Positions 18,394 through 27,944 of a stretch of 32,000 bases of DNA are shown piece after piece. The notes under the pieces were generated by a model. It saw only the letters and a program-made list of their open reading frames with translations. It was not told the origin of the DNA and made no database searches. Position numbers and translations under genes: made by a program. The stretch comes from Candidatus Nitrosopumilus koreensis AR1 (GTDB lineage: Archaea; Thermoproteota; Nitrososphaeria; Nitrososphaerales; Nitrosopumilaceae), in the NCBI RefSeq assembly GCF_000299365.1, contig NC_018655.1, positions 960,001 through 992,000 on the forward strand, written 5' to 3'. How positions within the stretch are numbered: position 1 is the stretch's first letter; the number at the start of each line of letters is the position of its first letter.

Positions 18394-19569
18394 TTGAGTA
18401 ATGAGGCACCTGAAGATTTAATCTACGCAGCATTTTTTTTCACAGACATTGTAGGATTGTCAAATCCCATTATTTCAACAGAGACCCAAAAAATGAAAAT
18501 TGAAAAATTAAATTCAATGATCTATGACTGTAAAACTTTTGCATTAACCAAAAAAAATGAATTATTTATTTTACCAACTGGAGATGGGATGCTACTTGCG
18601 TTCAAAGATGGATTAGAGCAACCCGTCTCTCTTGCAGTAGAACTGCATCAGAAACTCAGAAGATATAACGAACAAGCATATGATACTGAAAAGATCTTTA
18701 TTAGAATTGGGTGCAATGTAGGCCATATTTTTATTGTAAAAGACATGTTTGGAAATGTCAATTTATGGGGGCCAGGTGCAGTTCTTGCAAGAAGAGTGAT
18801 GGATCTGGGGGAATCTAACCACATTTTAATTCCTTCAAGCATGGTCAATGATCTCTTTGAATTATCAAATGACTATGAGAAAATGATTTTTCCCATTCAA
18901 AATTTTACAATAAAACACGGAGAAGATCTTTTAGTTTACTCTATACACGGTTCAGAATTTGGAAATAGTGAACCTCCAAAAAAAACTAATCAAATTACTA
19001 AAACACAATCAAATCATAGTTCCACATGTCAAAAGATTATTTTTAATATAAAAATAAAAGATTCAGAAAAAAACAATTTAGCATTTGAAAGGATTTATGA
19101 TTTTGTAAATAATTCAACAGAACCGATATATGATATTCAAATTGAAATTATGTCACATACAAAACTAGACATTGGTGATTTAAACATAAGAGCGTTTGAT
19201 GAAAACAAACAAGAATTAGAAATATCAAAAATTACATCTACTGATTTTTCCAAACAATTAACCATAAAACTAGCACGACCAGTCTTTAAAGGAAGTCAAG
19301 GACGCATAATCAGAGTAACATATGAAAAAAATGAACCAAGTAATTTCTTTGAACATAGATTTTTGATGGATACTGATAGTTTTGAATTAAATTTGATCAC
19401 ACCAAAAAATGTTTCAAACATACATCCAAAATTCTTTCTAATAGACAAAAACAATAAAAAAACTTGTCTAGAAGAAACACAAAAAACATCTAAAGGAATG
19501 TCATATGTTACTTCATGGCAAAAAAATGATAAAATATTTTTTGACGATATAATTAGAGTGGAATATTAG
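18394..19569 (+). CDS. class III nucleotide (adenylate/guanylate) cyclase-like domain fused to a beta-rich C-terminal domain, 391 aa
   Basis: FFFTDIVGLS...LPTGDGMLLAF...IRIGCNVGHIFIVKDMFGNVNLWGPGAVLARRVMD...HILIPSS. Confidence 0.8.
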   Translation: MSNEAPEDLIYAAFFFTDIVGLSNPIISTETQKMKIEKLNSMIYDCKTFALTKKNELFILPTGDGMLLAFKDGLEQPVSLAVELHQKLRRYNEQAYDTEKIFIRIGCNVGHIFIVKDMFGNVNLWGPGAVLARRVMDLGESNHILIPSSMVNDLFELSNDYEKMIFPIQNFTIKHGEDLLVYSIHGSEFGNSEPPKKTNQITKTQSNHSSTCQKIIFNIKIKDSEKNNLAFERIYDFVNNSTEPIYDIQIEIMSHTKLDIGDLNIRAFDENKQELEISKITSTDFSKQLTIKLARPVFKGSQGRIIRVTYEKNEPSNFFEHRFLMDTDSFELNLITPKNVSNIHPKFFLIDKNNKKTCLEETQKTSKGMSYVTSWQKNDKIFFDDIIRVEY

Positions 19570-19576
19570 ACGTACA

Positions 19577-20284
19577 CTACAACCCCAAAATCATTCGAAA
19601 TCCCTTGTTTTTAGACAATCTAGCAAAATCATGATCCACACGTAATTTTTCTTTGCAAACTAAATCATGTTTACATATATTTTCTAAAATTTCAAGACAT
19701 TTGGATTCATTTTCCAAAAATAATTCACATTTTGCCTGAGCATAAAGTGTTTTGAAATCATCATTTTTAACGTCTAATGCATGTGCAAAACAATCATTAG
19801 ATTCAACATATTTTTTCAGATGAAAAAAACACAATCCTTTGTTATACCAAAATTCATTATCCAGTTGTTTTTCATTAATAGCTAGATCGGCATATAACAG
19901 TGCTTTTTCAAACTTGTGAGCTTTTTTCAGTCGTTCTGCCTTTTTGTTACTTTGCAGATAGTTTTGATTTCTTTCTTCAGCTGCTTTGTTAAAACACTCT
20001 ATTGCTTCAGCATGGTGAGTTAATTGCATTAAAAGAAGTCCCTTTAAGAAAAAAGTTTCATAGCTTTTTTTGTGTACAGACAAATCTTTGTCAAGACAGT
20101 TCACGGCATCCTCATACTCCCCCAATTCACAGCAATGCACAGCTCGAGAATACCAAAAATTTTCAGATTCTTCTTCTTGTTTAATTTGAGTTGCTTTATT
20201 TGTCAGTTTCAGCGCCTCCTCGAATTTTTTATCCTTTTTTAATTTCTCAGCTTTTTTTGCATAAAATGAGGATATGTCATTCAT
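19577..20284 (-). CDS. TPR-repeat protein, 235 aa
   Basis: Repeated A..L..(Y/F)..ALK..A.. and W(Y/F)..G..L..L..Y..A..C(F/Y)..AL patterns (FWYSRAVHCCELGEYEDAVNCLDK, FWYNKGLCFFHLKKYVESNDCFAHAL). Confidence 0.85.
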   Translation of the reverse strand: MNDISSFYAKKAEKLKKDKKFEEALKLTNKATQIKQEEESENFWYSRAVHCCELGEYEDAVNCLDKDLSVHKKSYETFFLKGLLLMQLTHHAEAIECFNKAAEERNQNYLQSNKKAERLKKAHKFEKALLYADLAINEKQLDNEFWYNKGLCFFHLKKYVESNDCFAHALDVKNDDFKTLYAQAKCELFLENESKCLEILENICKHDLVCKEKLRVDHDFARLSKNKGFRMILGL

Positions 20285-20354
20285 AATATCTCAATTATTT
20301 TATTCGTATTATGTTTTTTCAAATTTAGATTGTTAGTTGCACGAAACTCCATTT

Positions 20355-21080
20355 TTACCGATTTTTTAATTGAACCTTGTAAGCAGGGTAGGCAGACTTG
20401 AAGCCCACATTGTATCCACGGATTTGTTTGAAACTATATTTTTCTATTTTTTTTACAATCTCACGCAAATCTCCACCAATAACAAATTCATTATTTTGAG
20501 CAAGATGATTTATTTTTGTACACATGTTTACTGGAGGTCCTATCATATCAATTTCTACAGATTTGTTTGTATTCATGATTATAACACTGCCATAGTCCAT
20601 ACTTATCCTATAGTTTAAGGAAGGTAATTTTTTTAAAATTAATTCTCTAGAAATAATTTTTTGCGCCTTTGTCATTACCAAACCGCAATCAATAGATCTT
20701 CGCACATGTTCTAGATTATTTCCATTTTCAGACAGTGGGAAATAAAATAACAAACAATCGCCCACATTTTTAATTACTTTGCCATCAAACTTTCCCACAA
20801 TTACTGCCATTGAATTCAAAAAAGTTTCATAGTATTTCATAAGATTATCTCTAGATAATGATGCAGAAATTCTCGTTGAATTTACCATATCCACACAGCC
20901 CACACAGTATGCACGAGATTTTGTGGCAAATGCAACCAAATAATCTGAAATTCCCATAGGATCAGAATCAGTTTCTCGTAATGGATACTTTAGAATAGAA
21001 TAGGGAGGAGGTTCTAAATTTTGCACTACACCATCATTTGATAGTAATTCAGATAAATTTACACCTGCTTCCCATCTCAT
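20355..21080 (-). CDS. class III nucleotide cyclase-like domain protein, 241 aa
   Basis: AYCVGCVDMVNSTRIS...KVIKNVGDCLLFYFP...YRISMDYGSVIIM...IDMIGPPVNMCTKI. Confidence 0.85.
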   Translation of the reverse strand: MRWEAGVNLSELLSNDGVVQNLEPPPYSILKYPLRETDSDPMGISDYLVAFATKSRAYCVGCVDMVNSTRISASLSRDNLMKYYETFLNSMAVIVGKFDGKVIKNVGDCLLFYFPLSENGNNLEHVRRSIDCGLVMTKAQKIISRELILKKLPSLNYRISMDYGSVIIMNTNKSVEIDMIGPPVNMCTKINHLAQNNEFVIGGDLREIVKKIEKYSFKQIRGYNVGFKSAYPAYKVQLKNR

Positions 21081-21248
21081 GATTATATTACGTAAAAAAT
21101 TGTGTTATAGTTTGGTTAGCTCGTATGGTAATACTTTAGGAAAACAGCTACTTACATGATATATTTTCTAAAAATACTCAAAAAATAATGACATCAGGTA
21201 TGAGAATTATGAAAATATTAATTTATCATTAGTGTAACGTTATTAAAA

Positions 21249-22082
21249 ATGATAAAACAGCCAAGACCTCAAGATTTTGTCCAAAGAAGCAATTTGAGGG
21301 GATTTTCAGTGTTAATTTTTGACTGGAGTGTGATTTTTAGTGTAATAGGAATTAGTATTTGGGCCGATAGTTGGATAGTATATCTAATTTCAGTTTGGGT
21401 AATTGGAGCATTTCAATATGCAATTGGAGAATCTCTATTCCATGAAGCGTCACATGGAAATTTGTTTAAGACTAAAAAATTAAATGATTACTTGGAATGG
21501 CTTTATGCAATTCCATTTTTTGTAGACATGAATCAATACAGAAAAGAACACACAGACCATCATTATAAAATGAATACAAAAGATGATCATATAGTTAGAG
21601 ACTATAACATTCATGGACTCAATAATCCTAAAAAGAATCTCTTTTGGATGTGGTTTGTAAAACCAGTTATCGGATATGCAGGTCTTTTTTATCTTAGATT
21701 TGCAATTCAGTTAAACCCTCTAAAGAGTTCCATAAAATTTGCAATATTTTGGATACCAGTGATTGCCATATGCTGGCATTTTGAAGTATTACACATACTA
21801 GCGATGTATTGGTTTGTTCCATTTTTGTGGTCATTTGCTAGTTTCTTTTATTGGGCAGAAATTTCAGAACACTATAACACAAAATCAGGCAGCAGATCAG
21901 ACTTGGGGTTTTTGAAAAATTTGTTCCACCACAATGGTGGATACCACTACATACATCACAAGTATCCTACAATTCCATGGTACAAGTTACCTGAAGCTCA
22001 CAAAGTATTTGCCCCATCAGACATAGACATTTCATATGGATTTGTAGACACATACAGACAAATGAAAAATAATCAACAGTAA
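21249..22082 (+). CDS. fatty acid desaturase / hydroxylase-like membrane di-iron protein
   Basis: Histidine boxes HEASH, HTDHH, and HHNGGYHYIHH with intervening TM segments. Confidence 0.88.
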   Translation: MIKQPRPQDFVQRSNLRGFSVLIFDWSVIFSVIGISIWADSWIVYLISVWVIGAFQYAIGESLFHEASHGNLFKTKKLNDYLEWLYAIPFFVDMNQYRKEHTDHHYKMNTKDDHIVRDYNIHGLNNPKKNLFWMWFVKPVIGYAGLFYLRFAIQLNPLKSSIKFAIFWIPVIAICWHFEVLHILAMYWFVPFLWSFASFFYWAEISEHYNTKSGSRSDLGFLKNLFHHNGGYHYIHHKYPTIPWYKLPEAHKVFAPSDIDISYGFVDTYRQMKNNQQ

Positions 22083-22154
22083 ATTTTCATCAACCTGAAC
22101 AAATTAGCATCATAGCTAACCAGACCACATATAGGAAATTATCACATCTAAATT

Positions 22155-22427
22155 ATGAAAGCATATCATTTTACCATATCAGATAATTTAATGGAAAATA
22201 TCAAAAATTATCACAATCATTATTGTCAAACCAACAACACACGAGAGTTGAGGCAAACAATCACTATTTTGTTAAAATATGTTCTAGAAGATATCAAAGA
22301 TATTCCATTAAAGGAAGTTATTTCAATTGAGGTATTCTTCAGAGATAAAGAATACATTTTAGAGGAATTTTTAGACATTACAACTATAACATTTCAAACA
22401 GACGACTATTTGAGACAATACGCATGA
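22155..22427 (+). CDS. hypothetical protein, 90 aa
   Basis: Intact ORF with ATG start; no family recognised. Confidence 0.6.
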   Translation: MKAYHFTISDNLMENIKNYHNHYCQTNNTRELRQTITILLKYVLEDIKDIPLKEVISIEVFFRDKEYILEEFLDITTITFQTDDYLRQYA

Positions 22428-22480
22428 ATTCTAGAAATTTTTAGAGCAAAATAGAGCAATAATTATTTTTCATTATCTAG

Positions 22481-24154
22481 TTATTTAACATAAGAAGGAA
22501 ATGAATCATCAAGTAACACTTCATTTCTAGTATAGTCAACATCAACTGCAATTACAATTGGTTTGTCTTGTACTAGTTTTGCATCTTTTAGAGATTGTTC
22601 AAATTCCTGAGAAGATTTTACATGAAATCCCTTTGCACCAAAACTTTCTGCAATTTTAACAAAGTCAGGATTTCCAAATTCTGTAAATACACTTTTCCCA
22701 AATTCATGTTTTTGTTTGGTTGAAATTAGATTATAGTCATTATCAACCCATACAATTATGATAATAGGTAATTTCAGACGTACTGCAGTCTCTATCTCTT
22801 GAACATTCATCAAGAATCCTCCATCACCAGTCATTGCAACAATTGTTTTTTTTGGAAAAACTAGTTTTGCAGCAATTGTACCAGGAAGAGCAAATCCCAT
22901 CGATGCAAATCCATTTGGGATTATGCATGTGTTTGGCTCAAATGTCTGATAAATTTTTGAAATCCACAATTTATGGGTTCCAACATCAGAAATTACAATG
23001 TCTTTATGATCAAGTGCTTCTCTAACATCAAGGATTAGTTTTTCAGGTTTTATTGGGTATGCGTCATCGTCTTTGAACATGTTTATTCTGTCAATTACTT
23101 CTGAGCGAACTTTTTGGAAAATTTCGGGAATTTCCTTTCTAGGAAACGAATCAAAAGAAGGATGTTGAGATTGCAATGTTTCAATCTCTTCTAAAATAGA
23201 CTCCATAGCAGCGCCAATATCTGAATCAATTTCAACATCAGGTCGATAAAATGTGTAGACCTCAGAAGGTGTAAAATCAACATGAATTATTTTTTTATTT
23301 AGATCAGAATTCCACATCTTTGGGGAATATTCCACCAAATCATATCCCACAGATATTATTACATCAGCCTCCAATACTGCTTGCAAGGCATGATCTGCAG
23401 ACTTTATACCAATAGTCTGAAGATGAGTTTCACAGTCATCAGGAATAACTCCTTTACCCATGAATGTGTTAATTGAGAAAATTTTTGTTTTCTCTACAAA
23501 CTTTCTAATTTGTGTACTCTCATCTTCTCGAGCACATCCGTTTCCAACAATCAGAAGGGGTTTTTTTGCCTCTAGAATCATTTTTGCTGCTTTTTTTATT
23601 TGGTCTTGGTTTGCCTTTGGTCTGAAAATATTCTGAAACCCAATTGGAGGAATGTCTGACTCTCGTTTTGCTATATCTTGAGGAAGCTCAATGTGAGTGG
23701 CTCCGGGTTTTTCTGTGAGTGCAATCTTGAATGCCCTTCGTACAATTTCTGGAATGTTTTGAGGATTTCGTATAGACCAACTCCACTTGGTAATTGGTTC
23801 AAACATCTTTACGACATTGAGATTCTGATGAGACTCTTTATGCAAAAGATGAGAGTCAGTTTGTCCCGTAATTGCCAGTAATCTGGATCTATCCATGTTT
23901 GCATTTGCAACACCAGTTACAAGATTAGTGGCTCCAGGACCAAGGGTTGCCAAACATACACCAACACGTCCCGTCAACCTACCATAAACATCTGCCATGA
24001 ATGCAGCACCCTGTTCATGTCTAGTGAGAATAAATTTGATTTTTGATTCTGAAAGTGACATCATAAGATCTGCATTTTCTTCACCAGGAATTCCAAAGAT
24101 GTATTCAACACCCTCAGATTCCAGACATTTAACCAATAGATCAGATGCTTTCAT
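22481..24154 (-). CDS. thiamine-diphosphate-dependent acetolactate synthase large-subunit-like enzyme
   Basis: VEYIFGIPGEENADLM, RHEQGAAFMADVYGRLTGRVGVCLATLGPGATNL, ThDP motif GDGGFLMNVQEIETAVRLKLPIIIIVWVDNDYNLI. Confidence 0.93.
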   Translation of the reverse strand: MKASDLLVKCLESEGVEYIFGIPGEENADLMMSLSESKIKFILTRHEQGAAFMADVYGRLTGRVGVCLATLGPGATNLVTGVANANMDRSRLLAITGQTDSHLLHKESHQNLNVVKMFEPITKWSWSIRNPQNIPEIVRRAFKIALTEKPGATHIELPQDIAKRESDIPPIGFQNIFRPKANQDQIKKAAKMILEAKKPLLIVGNGCAREDESTQIRKFVEKTKIFSINTFMGKGVIPDDCETHLQTIGIKSADHALQAVLEADVIISVGYDLVEYSPKMWNSDLNKKIIHVDFTPSEVYTFYRPDVEIDSDIGAAMESILEEIETLQSQHPSFDSFPRKEIPEIFQKVRSEVIDRINMFKDDDAYPIKPEKLILDVREALDHKDIVISDVGTHKLWISKIYQTFEPNTCIIPNGFASMGFALPGTIAAKLVFPKKTIVAMTGDGGFLMNVQEIETAVRLKLPIIIIVWVDNDYNLISTKQKHEFGKSVFTEFGNPDFVKIAESFGAKGFHVKSSQEFEQSLKDAKLVQDKPIVIAVDVDYTRNEVLLDDSFPSYVK

Positions 24155-24159
24155 GCCAG

Positions 24160-24686
24160 ATCAAATTTTAGAAAGAATCTTCTTCTTTTTTTCTTGAAAC
24201 TCTTTGTTAGTGATAATTCCTGCCTGGTTTAGGTGGCCTAGTTTTTCTAACAATTCCAGCTGGTCTGCAGTAGAAGAAGAAAGATTTTTGCTTGTGGCAA
24301 TTCCTTTTTTATTCCTAATCGAGTTCCTTTTTTAATTTAGAGCCCAAAATCCCACTTTTTTTGAGAATGTTGTCACTGATTTTATGGCCTTTTTTCTGAG
24401 CCTGTGAAATAAATTCTTCAGATTTTTGTTTTGTGATGTCATCTATTGCAATACGCTTTCTTGCAAGTCTGGTCAAATCTTGAGTTTTCTTTTTGGCAAG
24501 ATGGGTCTGAAATTTTATATCTTTTATGATTTCATCTTTTGTTTTTCTTTTGAAGCGTCTAGTATACTCTTCAATAAGCAATACAGGAAAAGGTGAAAAT
24601 TCCACATCAAGATAATATTTGATAATGGTGTCATCAGGCAATGTTTTAAGATATTCTTTAATTGATTTTTCAGATTTAATATTCAC
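24160..24686 (-). pseudogene. helical protein plus SHOCT-like C-terminus, apparently split by a -1 nt frameshift
   Basis: Frame 24315..24686 ends ...SGILGSKLKKELD*. Adding one A at the 6-A run 24328-24333 continues as SKLKKGTRLGIKKEATSKNLSSSTADQLELLEKLGHLNQAGIITNKEFQEKKKKILSKI*, stop at 24160-24162. Confidence 0.6.
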
Positions 24687-24798
24687 ATGTTAATTTCAAA
24701 ACCAGTATTAAAAAACATTCATGTGTTCTATTAACCAATTAAGATACAAAGAAAACATAAAATTCAATCATTAAATAGAATCATGACCATATAATTAC

Positions 24799-25239
24799 AT
24801 GTCAATAAAAATCAAAAAAATTCTAGTTCCATATGATGCTACTCCCAGCAGTGAAAAAGCAGTAAAAAAGATATTACCTCTCATTGAAAAACATGATTCT
24901 AAAATTATATTTTTAACGTGTATTCATGACAAAGCAACATTTGGGTTTTTCAAAACAAAATCAGATAAAAGAGAAATTGAGCAGGAAAAAAAGAAAATGG
25001 AGCAATATCATGAACGCTTAAAAAAAGAAGCTGCAAAATTTGGGATTCCATCAAGTTCTAAAATTATCAAGAGCGACCTAGAATCAAGGTCAATCATAGA
25101 ATATGCAAGGGATCAGAATGTAGACCTCATAGTAATGAGCAAATCAAAAATGGGAACTCATGCTGAAAAATTATACTATAACAGCACAGTTGATGCAGTC
25201 TTTAATAAAACTCCGTGTCCATTATTGTACATTCCATAA
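24799..25239 (+). CDS. universal stress protein (UspA family)
   Basis: IKKILVPYDATPSSEKAVKKILPLIEKH, terminal GTHAEKLYYNSTVDAVFNKTPCPLLYI. Confidence 0.9.
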   Translation: MSIKIKKILVPYDATPSSEKAVKKILPLIEKHDSKIIFLTCIHDKATFGFFKTKSDKREIEQEKKKMEQYHERLKKEAAKFGIPSSSKIIKSDLESRSIIEYARDQNVDLIVMSKSKMGTHAEKLYYNSTVDAVFNKTPCPLLYIP

Positions 25240-25252
25240 AAATTTTAGAGCA

Positions 25253-25546
25253 TCATAATTTTTCGCAGGAACCGCCAATTTTTCGCCAGCTTTTTCCACC
25301 CTCACGTCTGCATTGGGTTTTTGTCACTTTTCTTGACAAGACACCCCTGCAATTTTTTTCAAGATAACAAGTGCCCAATGTCCTAGTGGTTTTTGTGCCA
25401 TGATGTGGTTTTTTTGGAGTTTTTGCAGTGATTCTGCCCGTAGATAATGTGGGTTTTGCTTTTACAATACGCTTACGTTTTGAAATTAATGGTTTTTTGA
25501 TTTTTGGGATTCTAGGTTTTCTAATTACAGGTTTACGGATTGACAC
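25253..25546 (-). CDS. very basic small protein with four C-terminal cysteines, 97 aa
   Basis: K/R/P-rich N-terminus; TCYLEKNCRGVLSRKVTKTQCRREGGKSWRKIGGSCEKL. Confidence 0.65.
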   Translation of the reverse strand: MSIRKPVIRKPRIPKIKKPLISKRKRIVKAKPTLSTGRITAKTPKKPHHGTKTTRTLGTCYLEKNCRGVLSRKVTKTQCRREGGKSWRKIGGSCEKL

Positions 25547-25587
25547 ATGTTTAGTTAGAAGATTTAGTATTAAACTAATTCTATAAT

Positions 25588-27192
25588 CTACTGTTTTGGA
25601 GATTCATTATTTTCTAAAAGTTCCAGTATTTTTTCTGCAGTAACTACTCCAACAAGTTTTGAGTCTAGTGGTTCCATTACAGGTACGATACTAGCTGGAT
25701 TTGAATTTAATTTTTGGATTGCAAAAAACAGCGGTTCTTGTGGAATTGCAGTTCGGAATTTTTTATGCATTACATTTTTCACAGCAGTTTTTCTTCGTAA
25801 TTTTTTTTGCGCACGTTCAAGATCACGTTTTGAAACTAGTCCAACAAGGTTGTTTTCATCTAACACTACAAAAAATTCATTGTCATTATTTTTCAATGCA
25901 TCATCAACAGAAATGTCAGGAGACAATGTTGGGTAATCCAACACCATTGCATTTTCAGCAGCATATTCAGATACTGCTCTTCTAAAATAGACAGGTACAA
26001 GAGCTAATTCTTGTGATCCTATCTTGACTGGAACTATTTTTTTCAATGTTCGTTGGAGTTCGACACTTGAAATTATCATGGTAATTAAAGTTCCAAAAAC
26101 AAGTAAAGAGAACAAATTATTTTCTAATAATTCTGCATTTAACAAAGACAGCATCAGTGCCAAGTCAACGGCACCTTTTGACATTATTCCATATGCAACA
26201 GTACGGGCAGGTTTCATATGAGCTACTTTTGCAGCCAGATATGAGCCGATAAATTTGGCACCAACTATTATGGCTAAAAAGCCACCAATTACCCACAAAG
26301 GAAGTTCAAAGAAACTCAAGGTAAAGTGCAAACCAATTCCGGCAAAAAAGATTGGGATGAAAATCCCATAGCCAATAACATGGACACTTTTTGAGATCTC
26401 AGTATACTCTTTTTTGTTCATTCTAGAAACTGCAATTCCTAGCAATAGTGCACCAATTGCACCATGTATACCGCTGATTTCTGCAAAGTATGCCACAAGC
26501 AAAATGACTCCAATTACTACTGCAAAGTATACCTGTTGAGCTTGGAGATGTTTTCTGATAAATCTAAAAAAGTGCGGCAATGCAAATACAGACAATAATC
26601 CTGCCACAGCAAAGAATAGAATCATCTTTGCAAACAACCATGCAAAGTCTTCGATTTCAGGGTTCAGAGAAGAATCAACCTGAATTACAACACTGGTAAA
26701 AATAATGGCAATAAATTCGATAATTCCTGCCATCGTAAAAATTTCAAGGCCTATTTTTGAACGAAGTTTGCCCATATCCGTAAGGACCTTAGCAGTAACA
26801 CCAAGACTCGAAGCACCTATCACACTAGCAATTGCAAGAGATTTTACAAAATCCATATCCATTGCCAAGAATCCAAAGACTCCTGCTGCAACAAACGGGA
26901 TCAAAAATCCCAATGCAGAGCCTGCAAAAATTCTCCCTCTCAATACTTTGAATAGGGCAGTAAGATCAATTTCTTCAAGACCAATCAAAAAGAACAAAAA
27001 GAAGACACCTATTGAAACAAAAATTTCAATTTCATCAATTGGCTCTACAAGAAAAAACAACGCAGGTCCAACAATTATTCCTGCAAGAACATTTCCAATA
27101 ATAGTTGGCTGATTAATTCGATGTAATGCCTCACCAAATATTTTTGCCGATAAAATCAATACAGCAATATACAAAATTGCCTCAAATGACAT
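25588..27192 (-). CDS. cation:proton antiporter (CPA2/Kef-like) with C-terminal CBS-domain pair
   Basis: IGNVLAGIIVGPALFFLVEP, FFLIGLEEIDL, GSSLGVTAKVLTDMG, AIGALLLGIA, MSKGAVDLALML; C-terminal VLDENNLVGLVSKRDLERA, VMHKKFRTAIP, KLVGVVTAEKILELL. Confidence 0.93.
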   Translation of the reverse strand: MSFEAILYIAVLILSAKIFGEALHRINQPTIIGNVLAGIIVGPALFFLVEPIDEIEIFVSIGVFFLFFLIGLEEIDLTALFKVLRGRIFAGSALGFLIPFVAAGVFGFLAMDMDFVKSLAIASVIGASSLGVTAKVLTDMGKLRSKIGLEIFTMAGIIEFIAIIFTSVVIQVDSSLNPEIEDFAWLFAKMILFFAVAGLLSVFALPHFFRFIRKHLQAQQVYFAVVIGVILLVAYFAEISGIHGAIGALLLGIAVSRMNKKEYTEISKSVHVIGYGIFIPIFFAGIGLHFTLSFFELPLWVIGGFLAIIVGAKFIGSYLAAKVAHMKPARTVAYGIMSKGAVDLALMLSLLNAELLENNLFSLLVFGTLITMIISSVELQRTLKKIVPVKIGSQELALVPVYFRRAVSEYAAENAMVLDYPTLSPDISVDDALKNNDNEFFVVLDENNLVGLVSKRDLERAQKKLRRKTAVKNVMHKKFRTAIPQEPLFFAIQKLNSNPASIVPVMEPLDSKLVGVVTAEKILELLENNESPKQ

Positions 27193-27296
27193 CTGTAAAC
27201 AACTCTAAATGATTAGAAATAATGTATCTTATTTAGATATTTGAATTAAAACAAGCATGTCCAAACTTATTAAAGAAAAGAATATGTAAATTATTC

Positions 27297-27413
27297 ATGG
27301 TAAGAGTGGATGAATGTTTCAAATGCGGGGCAAGAGAAAAAGATGCCAAATTGATTTTCAGAACAAATGAGCCAGTACTATGTGAAAACTGCTACAAAAA
27401 GTTAGAAAAATGA
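27297..27413 (+). CDS. 38-aa zinc-ribbon-like microprotein
   Basis: MVRVDECFKCGAREKDAKLIFRTNEPVLCENCYKKLEK; CxxC-x18-CxxC; hand-translated, absent from the ORF track. Confidence 0.55.
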   Translation: MVRVDECFKCGAREKDAKLIFRTNEPVLCENCYKKLEK

Positions 27414-27491
27414 TTATTTTTTATTGGTTTTAGACAGGTACGCCCTTTAGGAATTTAAGAGATATATCGTACTTTCTACAAATTAATAATT

Positions 27492-27821
27492 GTGCCAATA
27501 ATCTCAGAAGTCATCAATGATAGAAAATTATGGGTAATTATTAGTTCTAGAAAAGATGGAGGTTCAGATGAATTAGAGGTAATTCGACCAATAATTGAAA
27601 AATTAAATGAGCAATGGTTTGAGAAAGGGGATTTTGTTTGGACAGGGAGATTTGATGATAAAAAAACAAGCATGGCTATTTTTGAGTCAACAGAAGACAA
27701 AGCTAAAAATTATTTTGAAGAGTATTCCAAAATTTGTGCAGATTCTCTTGATACGAAACTGTACCAATGGGATGCTCTTCCATTATTTACTATTTTAGAG
27801 CGAATTCAAGGGAAGATCTAA
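27492..27821 (+). CDS. hypothetical small alpha/beta protein, 109 aa (GTG start)
   Basis: Intact ORF PIISEVINDRKLWVIISSRKDGG...; composition resembles a ferredoxin-like small domain. Confidence 0.6.
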   Translation: MPIISEVINDRKLWVIISSRKDGGSDELEVIRPIIEKLNEQWFEKGDFVWTGRFDDKKTSMAIFESTEDKAKNYFEEYSKICADSLDTKLYQWDALPLFTILERIQGKI

Positions 27822-27944
27822 AAATAATTTAAAATTATTAGAAAAAAATGAGGTCATGCAATATTTGTAAAAATAGTATTTTTTATTGCGTAAACAAAGG
27901 TTATGAAAATAAGCTATTGTCATGACATGCCACATATAGACACA

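Noticed and set aside
18394-21080. A Pycsar/CBASS-type anti-phage system
   Set aside because: Cyclase-like genes are present but there is no adjacent recognisable effector (TIR, nuclease, small TM effector) or cyclic-nucleotide-binding domain. The 926-aa membrane protein is separated by a regulator and lacks evident CNB motifs. Kept only as a weak possibility.
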